From: Anthoceros angustus
Taxonomy: Eukaryota > Plantae > Anthocerotophyta
Reading direction: 5' to 3'
Assembly (NCBI GenBank): GCA_010909165.1
Contig: VJWM01000390.1
Location: 1 to 23,995, forward strand
DNA: 23,995 nt
Shown here: positions 12,401 to 19,051 of the stretch, one piece after another
How the letters are laid out: every line of letters starts with the position of its first letter
Numbering within the stretch: the first letter of the stretch is position 1
Position numbers and translations under genes: made by a program
Notes under the pieces: generated by a model
The model's input: the letters and a program-made list of their open reading frames with translations, nothing else
The model's database searches: none
What the model was told of the DNA's origin: nothing

Positions 12401-13773
12401 CCGTTACAGGACCTGCTCAGCTTGCTAAATACGTCCGTTAGTTCGGCTTCAGGCGGTAAAAGCAACCGTTGCCGATCTGGCCAGTGGCGGCAATCTGCTG
12501 ACTGGGCCTATAACAACGTTCCTGTCCGGCAACCGACTCCCGCCTCGACTCCGAAAGCTTATATGGCTCCTCGATGAGCAGTTCAAGCTTGTACAAGACG
12601 GTCCGTCCAGTTCCTCGCCTGTTGGTGCAGCAGGATCAACCACCCATCAGGTGAATGGTGTTACCATGCCCAAATCCGGATACCTGTACGTGTACGGCCA
12701 ACGAAACCCCGGTCAGGACGTATTTTTGACAACTTGCAGGTAGACCATATCCGTGGGCCAATTATTGATGAAACTCACTATTATCCTTTCGGGTTACCAA
12801 TGGCAGGATAAGTTCTAAAGCGGCGGGAAATTTAGAGAACAAACTAAAATATATTGGAAAAGAGGAACAGCGGCAGGAGTTTAGCGATGGCAGTGGGTTG
12901 GAGTGGCTGGATTATGGCGCACGGATGTATGACAACCAGATAGGAAGATGGATGGTATTAGACTCAAAAAGCGAAGCCTATTATTCGAGTTCTCCTTTCA
13001 ATTATGCCCTGAATAACCCGATAGCAAACTTTGACCCTAATGGCAAATGGTCTGTATCACGTCACCACACTATGACGGTAATGGCCTTATCTTCCGCTGG
13101 TATTGGCGTGGTACACAAGCTTATTGGATTGCTCACTATAGTGCAGTCTATGCAGATAATCCCGGAAATCATTTAATGCTTAACAATCTTGTTCATCCTA
13201 CAAGAGGAGACATTTATCGCAGGAAATAGATTACTCTTTACAAAGAACTCCCAAGTAACCGATTATCCCAATTATCATGGTTATAATTTCAATGTTTGGC
13301 ATTCAATGCGTTCCCCACAGGAAAAACAAAGGTTCGAGAGCGGAACAATAGGTGGAATATCTGCGGAAGGGGCGATGCAAAGGGCATGGAGTTCGGATGG
13401 GGTGAGGTATTTTCAGCAGCTAAATCTGGTACTAAACTGGCTGATCTTAAAAGAATACTTGGCAAATCCAATCTTTGGGACAAGGTTTGCATGCTCTTCA
13501 GGATGCCTATGCGCATCATGGCGGCATGACGTTGGGTTCGACCATGTGTACACCGATATATTTACAAGCAATAGAAAAGCGGAGGCGATTACAAGTTCTG
13601 CAGTTGCTGTTTATGCTCTTTTGACTAAAGACTATTCAGCAATAGATAAGATGATGGAAGCAAATAAAGGTAGCCTTGGATTTATATCAACTGAAGGGAT
13701 GTCCACGCAGCAAATAACTCAAATCTTTACAGCTATTCAAAATTACCTAACAGACCATAAGCCAAAGCGTTAA
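9496..13773 (+). CDS. DUF6443 / RHS repeat-associated core polymorphic toxin
   Basis: Signal peptide ...WTCALA/Q; DUF6443 (VNFVRSWD...[13 protein letters not shown]...YDAFGRE); YD repeats ([32 protein letters not shown]); KDHTGNVRM; core ETHYYPFG...[16 protein letters not shown]...[17 protein letters not shown]; ~240 aa C-terminal toxin domain. Confidence 0.9.
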
Positions 13774-14158
13774 TGAATAAAAACTCCTATTCTACATATA
13801 TGCTGGCTGCCTTGTTGGTGTCGGAGTGTTTCTGTTTGTATTGTACGGCGCTTGGGGCACGATTTTAATTTTGAGGAAGCTGCATCTTTAGAATACTTTC
13901 TATTTTCTGCTTCTTTTCTAATAACAAGTCTGCTACTTCTAATCACAAGCTTTTTGCCGAGGTGGAAAGCGGTTTATGTGGTTATGAAATTTTTTTGTTT
14001 CTTATTTTTGTCTTTTGTTATTCCTATTAGGAAAACTTTTTATTTTCTTTTTGAGAAAGGCGGCACTTGGCCTGTTCTGGTTGTACTAAGCATTTTACTA
14101 TTACTGATGTATCAAACAACCCGGTATTTTTTTCAAAAGAGTTTTGGCCTCAGAATAA
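13773..14158 (+). CDS. Putative immunity protein, multi-pass membrane
   Basis: ATG overlaps the toxin stop (TAATG 13771-13775); very AT-rich; about four hydrophobic segments. The track ORF runs to 14199 through the terminator, so a stop at 14156-14158 after an indel is more likely. Confidence 0.7.
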
Positions 14159-14159
14159 C

Positions 14160-14188
14160 AAAGCCGCTCAGTGAGCGGCTTCTTTTTA
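14160..14188. terminator. Bidirectional intrinsic terminator
   Basis: AAGCCGCTCA-G-TGAGCGGCTT (14161-14181) with T-rich tails on both strands, between convergent stops. Confidence 0.8.
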
Positions 14189-14312
14189 TGGCGCAATGAG
14201 GTTTTGCAGGTTGTCCTTTAGTTTTTGTTGGAGATGGCCATATCAATCATGGTAAAGATGGCCTGTTGTTCGGTTTTGCCTAAAGTGTCAATCATTTTAA
14301 TTTTTCCAGCGT
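14186..14312 (-). pseudogene. C-terminal remnant of an XRE-type regulator, cut at module M2
   Basis: TLEKLKMIDTLGKTEQQAIFTMIDMAISNK(K)LKDNLQNLIAP* resembles the C-terminal helices of Bacteroidota XRE proteins as I recall them. No HTH part is present. Confidence 0.6.
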
Positions 14313-14580
14313 ATCGTCGATAATGTCGGTAACGGCGAACAAACAAAACTATCGCAGACATTGCTAGCCTGCCCACAATTGAGGAAGCCGACCTACGATG
14401 TATCGTAGATTTCTGAATAAATAGTCGCCCTGCAGCCATGTGGCTTGTAGACTACTAAAGCTCTGCAGAACTCATCAATAATTTCGTTGATTGTCAATGA
14501 TATAAGCTGGTTAGAAGCTCAAGGACTTCTACCACGCGTTTCGATAATCGTCCGCTGTACTCCACATCAGTGCATAATAT
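14310..14580. repeat. Module M2
   Basis: TAATGTCGGTAAC...; CTACGATGTATCGTAG 14393-14408; TTGATTGTCAATG; right end GTTTCGA-16-TC-CACATCAG. First 90 bp about 78% identical to M3 by hand alignment. Confidence 0.9.
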
Positions 14581-14597
14581 TTTTCTTTCCCTTTCGC

Positions 14598-14873
14598 TTA
14601 TACGGCAGCAGCCCGCAATGTGAAAATCGATCCGACTTGAGATTCAACGCTCAAAATTGAGAGACTTGTATTCATTCCAAAAAGTAAATAATTTGAAATC
14701 AGCTCTAATTCGCGTTCGCTTGCTTCCGACCCGGTGCTTGCACGTATAGCCAACCTTTCCAACTCATTTTCGGGAATCAGCTCGACTTGCAAAAGCAAAT
14801 ATGGCGAAGTCATTGTACGTGTATTCAGTATTCTATGTTTCACTTGAAGTTTTGTTTTTATTGTATTTGTCAA
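14598..14873 (-). CDS. Hypothetical protein, 91 aa; sole cargo between M2 and M3
   Basis: Uninterrupted track ORF filling most of the ~370 bp inter-module gap. No family recognised. Confidence 0.5.
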   Translation of the reverse strand: MTNTIKTKLQVKHRILNTRTMTSPYLLLQVELIPENELERLAIRASTGSEASERELELISNYLLFGMNTSLSILSVESQVGSIFTLRAAAV

Positions 14874-14949
14874 TCTATCTCAAACATTGGACCCTTTCGG
14901 TGCTCAACAGGACAAATTCTTAGATAGTTAACCCTTTCGCTGATCAAAG

Positions 14950-15219
14950 GGTATGATCAATAATGTCGGTAACGAAGAACAAAAAACGATCGCTTCCGTT
15001 GCTCACCTGCCTACAATCGATAGGACCGACACGATGTATCGTAGATTCTCGAAAAGTAGCCCGGCGCATACACGTTAGAACCGACGCACAGAGCGCAAGG
15101 AGCGTGGGGTTTCGTAGCATATTATTTGATTATCAATGTATTAAGATCATTAACAGCTCCAAGTCGTCGCGCATGCGGTTCGATAATTGTCCGTCGTTCT
15201 CCACATCTGCGCGCATACA
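14950..15219. repeat. Module M3
   Basis: GGTATGA-11-GG-16-ACGATCG left end; ACGATGTATCGT; TTGATTATCAATG; right end GGTTCGA-16-TC-CACATC. Confidence 0.9.
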
Positions 15220-15553
15220 CTTGGATTATCTGATAGATATTTTGATACTTATCCAAATGGGAAACGCGTATCTCACCTTACAGTACTGAGTTTGTAGGCG
15301 ACGTTATGGGTACAGGCCGAACAATGAAGACATCTCAAGCACATTGGAATAATTGGGGTAAGTTCATATTAAAGCAAAGCGAAAGTAAATTTATAATTAA
15401 GACAATTGTTGATCGTCCGGATGCGTCTGAATACGAGAAAACTAAAAACTATTTTAATGGCTAGGTATTTAATTATCATCTATAATACTCCCTTTATTGA
15501 GACCAAAAGGTCAGGATGCTAAGTTAATAATGGGGTTTGTTTCTTCTGTGTTT

Positions 15554-16382
15554 TTAATGGATACGAGGGTTGTTTTCTGTTGGTATCGTTCGTTTGGTTT
15601 TGCTCGTGGTGCTGTGGATCTTTTGGTTGTAGTAGGCCATGTATCGATCGATGCCTTCTGCGAGCTCACCACCATCTTCAGCAGGGTTCAGGTATACGTG
15701 GTCATACTTGGAGTGACTTCCAGAACCGCTCGATCCAGATGTTATCCGTTGCCCGTCCTTTTCCATCCATGGATATCTGTATTTCGTTTCGCTCCGTACT
15801 GCGTCCAGCCGGCACAAGTGTATTGCACGCCCTGATCCGAGTTGATGATCTCTGGTTTTCCATGCACCGCAATAGCTGTCTCCAGCACTTCCAGCACCAG
15901 CGCGCGGCCAGCGAGTTGGAGATGCCCCAGCCCACGATCTTGCGGCTATACACGTCTATGATGGCCGTCAGGTACATAAAGCCTCTGCGCATCGGGATGT
16001 ACGTAATGTCCGTGCACCAAACTGGTTGGGCCGGGCAACATCGAGTCCCCGCAGCAGGTACGGTTTGATAAATGCCCGGAAGCCCATTTTGGTGAGGTTC
16101 CTTCTACGGTAAATGGTCTGGTGTCCCATGAGGCGGAAGAGCTGCCGGATCCGCTTAGCCCACCGGATGGCCCTCGTCGCGCAACAGGCGCACCACGGAA
16201 ACACACCCTCGGTGGGGTGCTCCAGCAGATGACGGTCCATGAGCTGCATCATTTTGAGGTTCTCCGGCTTTTCTGCGCGGGGTTTGTAATAGATCTTGCT
16301 GCGGTTCACGGCGAGCAGTTCGCACTGCCGGCGCACCGATAGCTTTTGGAACGGGCTGTACCAGAGACGCACGTGTCGTCAG
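15554..16382 (-). CDS. IS3 transposase OrfB (DDE integrase core)
   Basis: [82 protein letters not shown]. Confidence 0.92.
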
Positions 16383-16660
16383 ATCCCCAGCTTGCAACTT
16401 TTTTAAAAATTCATTTTCCACCTTGAGTTGTCCGATCTGGGCATACAGCTCGCGGGTGTCTACGGACTCGCCTTCGGCATCCGAGGACTTTTCAAAGGCA
16501 GCACTCATGTTTTCCGAATTCAGACTTCCAGCGAGAATCATCACGGCCGAGACTTCAAATTTCTTCGACAGCTCGGCGAGGGTTTGCTGGTTCTTTACGG
16601 CTTCAAGTGCCACCTTGGCTTTGAACGCGGGACTGAATTTGGTGGGGTTTGCTTCTTCAT
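16379..16660 (-). CDS. IS3 transposase OrfA (HTH)
   Basis: MKKQNPTKFSPAFKAKVALEAVKNQQTLAELSKKFEVSAVMI...ELYAQIGQLKVENEFLKK. Confidence 0.9.
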
Positions 16661-16727
16661 TTTGAGGTAGTTAAAAGTACATCCTTTCTTAACTTAACCT
16701 CTGGTCTGAATTTCAGGGAGCATTATA

Positions 16728-16985
16728 GTGAAAGAAGCTGAAAGCATCATTGAAGATACTGCGGCGCACTTCCACCAGAGATGTTGGATTGATTCTGGCA
16801 GCGCAAAAGTGGAGCATTACGAGATTGCAAGTTATGGCGGACTTCGCCAGTTAGCCATAACCTCGCACAACGAAGCTGCCGACTTTTGCAACAAACCCTC
16901 GATGAGGAAAAGGAAACAGATATGCTTTTGACGCAGATTGCTGAAAACGATCTGAATTATCAGGCCCACAGAGGAGGAAGATTAG
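16728..16985 (+). pseudogene. 3' fragment of ferritin-like DUF892 (YciE/YciF family) gene
   Basis: VKEAESIIEDT...RDVGLILAAQKVEHYEIASYGGLRQLA...LQQTLDEEKETDMLLTQIAE. It begins flush with the IS end and the 5' part is absent. Confidence 0.8.
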
Positions 16986-17185
16986 GGCAATAATGTACCT
17001 TTTTACAACTCAGATGCACTGTTTATTGCCATTCTGCGTTTGCGGAAGAATTGTAAGTGGCGTAGTCTGGAACAGGAAGAAGTTATTAGAATAGTGCCCG
17101 GTTGCTTCAAGTGGCCGGGCATTCAATTTTCAATGTGTCAACAATGAGATAGCTTTTATTGTTACGATGGAAGAACTTGTGATTT

Positions 17186-17946
17186 ATGATAGTGAACTAT
17201 ACTGAAAATGGTTGGGAAATTATCACCCAACGTGCTCATGGAGTTGTGGCGGCCCAAATAGGTTTCCAATGGCGGGCGAAAGACAGCCACACCGTTGGGT
17301 GAAACCTTACTTGCAATTGCTGAACACGACGATGCGGAGAATGAGTTGGATGGGGAAAATTTAATAACGCCTGCTGGTGGCCCGCTCAACTTTGACATGA
17401 AGAATTTTGAGCTGACGCATTGCCAGAAATTATCTTCTCTTACAATGAAGAGCCGTTACATTGCTCTGCTTACCTCTATGCACATGAGCTTTCTGTATGA
17501 AAAGGATAGAGACTCGATCGCCGGTGCAGTGCTTTTTAGATGAACAGAAGGTGATGCAGGATAAATGGCGCAAAGAATTGAATTTGTCAAAAGAAGAAGC
17601 AATGCGGATGTACGACCTGCTGAATGGTGCGATGCACTTTCGCTTCTTCTTTGTAAAGGAGAAGCGCAGCCCGAAGAACGTAAAACGGACATTAGCACAG
17701 GACCAGACAAAAAATGTACCAATTGGTGCAGGTGGACGAAACTATATTTACCGTGCAACCACAGCCTTTTGAAGCCCTAAATTTTGAAGTGAGCTACGAC
17801 ACGGGGCTTATTTCGCAAATGGGTTTCCGTACCACAGCAGAGTTTAGAGAAGCGTTCGTGAAAGCGGAGGTAATCGAAAGAGATGGAAACTGATTAAGCA
17901 AACCAACCGCCCGATTAAAAAACGAAGGTTTGATTGTTTGTACTAG
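17186..17946 (+). CDS. DUF3891 family protein
   Basis: MIVNYTENGWEIITQRAHGVVAAQIGFQW...RWVETLLAIAEHDD...SRYIALLTSMHMSFLY...YDLLEWCDALSLLLC. End position approximate. Confidence 0.8.
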
Positions 17947-18107
17947 TAACAAAAGTTTTCACAGTAACCCATGAAGTAAAAATTGCCCTTAAATGCAAGG
18001 CATTTCATCAAAGGGTAGTGCTTTGGCTATCAATTTTGCTTTCAGCCAATCTGTTGATTAATTAAACCATTATTCTTTTGGCACGGTAGTTAGGATTATC
18101 AGCTTTG

Positions 18108-18551
18108 ATGAAAGCCAAAGAAAGTTTATTTTGCTTTGTTAGAACCCAATCCCGAATATGAAAACCTATTGGTGGTGGTTGTTGACGATGACCACGATGA
18201 TTTATCTAACATTCTTGATGCCTTTGAAATGACAAACTGCGCTGATGCTGTTTTGCCATTTCAAAATGTGGAAGATTTATACCAACATTTAGACCGGGCT
18301 GCTCAACTCCTCAGCTCATCATATTAGATCACCAAGCCCCCATGCCAAAGGTGGGGAGGCTTTGACGAAGCTTCAGGCCAGCCGCCGCTTTGACCACACT
18401 TCGGTAGTGATCTATTCGTCACATTTAAGCCCGCCTAAAAAGTAGAATTATTAGCGACGGAGCTGACTTGTGTTTAGCGAAGGCACTAACGATAGAACAA
18501 ATAATGCAAGATGTTTTATTGTTCTGTGAAGCTGCAAAAAACGTATGCTGA
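18108..18551 (+). CDS. Single-domain response regulator (receiver)
   Basis: LVVVVDDDHDD...PQLIILDHQAP...VVIYSS...LCLAK. Confidence 0.75.
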
Positions 18552-18611
18552 CTTGAATATGAAGGGTGGCGCCTAACGGAGGACATTTTATATCCTATTA
18601 AGGCCGGCTCA

Positions 18612-19040
18612 CAAGCTGAAGGGCTGGATTAATTCTTCAATGCGCCTATTTGAACTGCTGGTAAAGGTGTGCATATTTTTAAGCGCCGTTACATCGGTAG
18701 GTTTTACAATATATCCGGCTACCCTTCTTTCTTGTTTCCTCAATATCGGGCGGCGCTGCCGACGTTGTATAAACTACCACCGGAATGTCGCTCAAATTTT
18801 TGTCGGCCTTTATGCGACGAAGACACTCTTTACCACCCATCCCGGGCATGTTCAAATCAAGAAATATCAAATCAGGAGAACTGTTGACCGATGTAGTAAT
18901 GTTAATGCTTCAATGCCGTCGTTGGCTATAAGCAAGTTTGTGTCGGATTTACTTCTTCAAGCATTTCCTTAAAAATCCTGATCATCGTTATCATCATCTA
19001 CCAATAAAAAGCAGAGTGGTTTTGTAAGCGTCTCTTCCAT
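18612..19040 (-). CDS. Single-domain response regulator (receiver)
   Basis: FLLVDDDNDDQD...IFLDLNMPGMGGKECLRRIK...IPVVVYTTS...YIVKP; follows the kinase directly. Confidence 0.85.
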
Positions 19041-19051
19041 TCTTCAAATTG

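Larger units (their letters stand above)
15480..16728 (-). mobile_element. IS3-family insertion sequence
   Basis: Imperfect terminal IRs CTATAATACTCCCTTTATTGAGACCAAAAGG and CTATAATGCTCCCTGAAATTCAGACCAGAGG; orfA/orfB arrangement; A6G frameshift motif at 16398-16404; GC-richer than flanks; no target duplication seen. Confidence 0.92.

Noticed and set aside
9496-13773. T6SS-delivered Rhs effector
   Set aside because: It has an N-terminal Sec signal and DUF6443 rather than PAAR, and no VgrG, Hcp or chaperone genes are nearby.
3391-15205. MITE with TGT...ACA termini
   Set aside because: Flanks are conserved between copies (TAA left, TC(A/T)G right) but are not duplications of each other, so there is no target-site duplication. 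Site-specific recombination fits better.
3110-15219. CRISPR array or classical integron attC sites
   Set aside because: Units are ~240 bp with kb-scale or zero spacing, with no cas or intI gene and no RYYYAAC...GTTRRRY boxes.
15497-16670. Plus-strand ORFs over the IS, and similar antisense ORFs over the kinase and RHS genes
   Set aside because: Shadow ORFs opposite well-supported genes, with no recognisable motifs.
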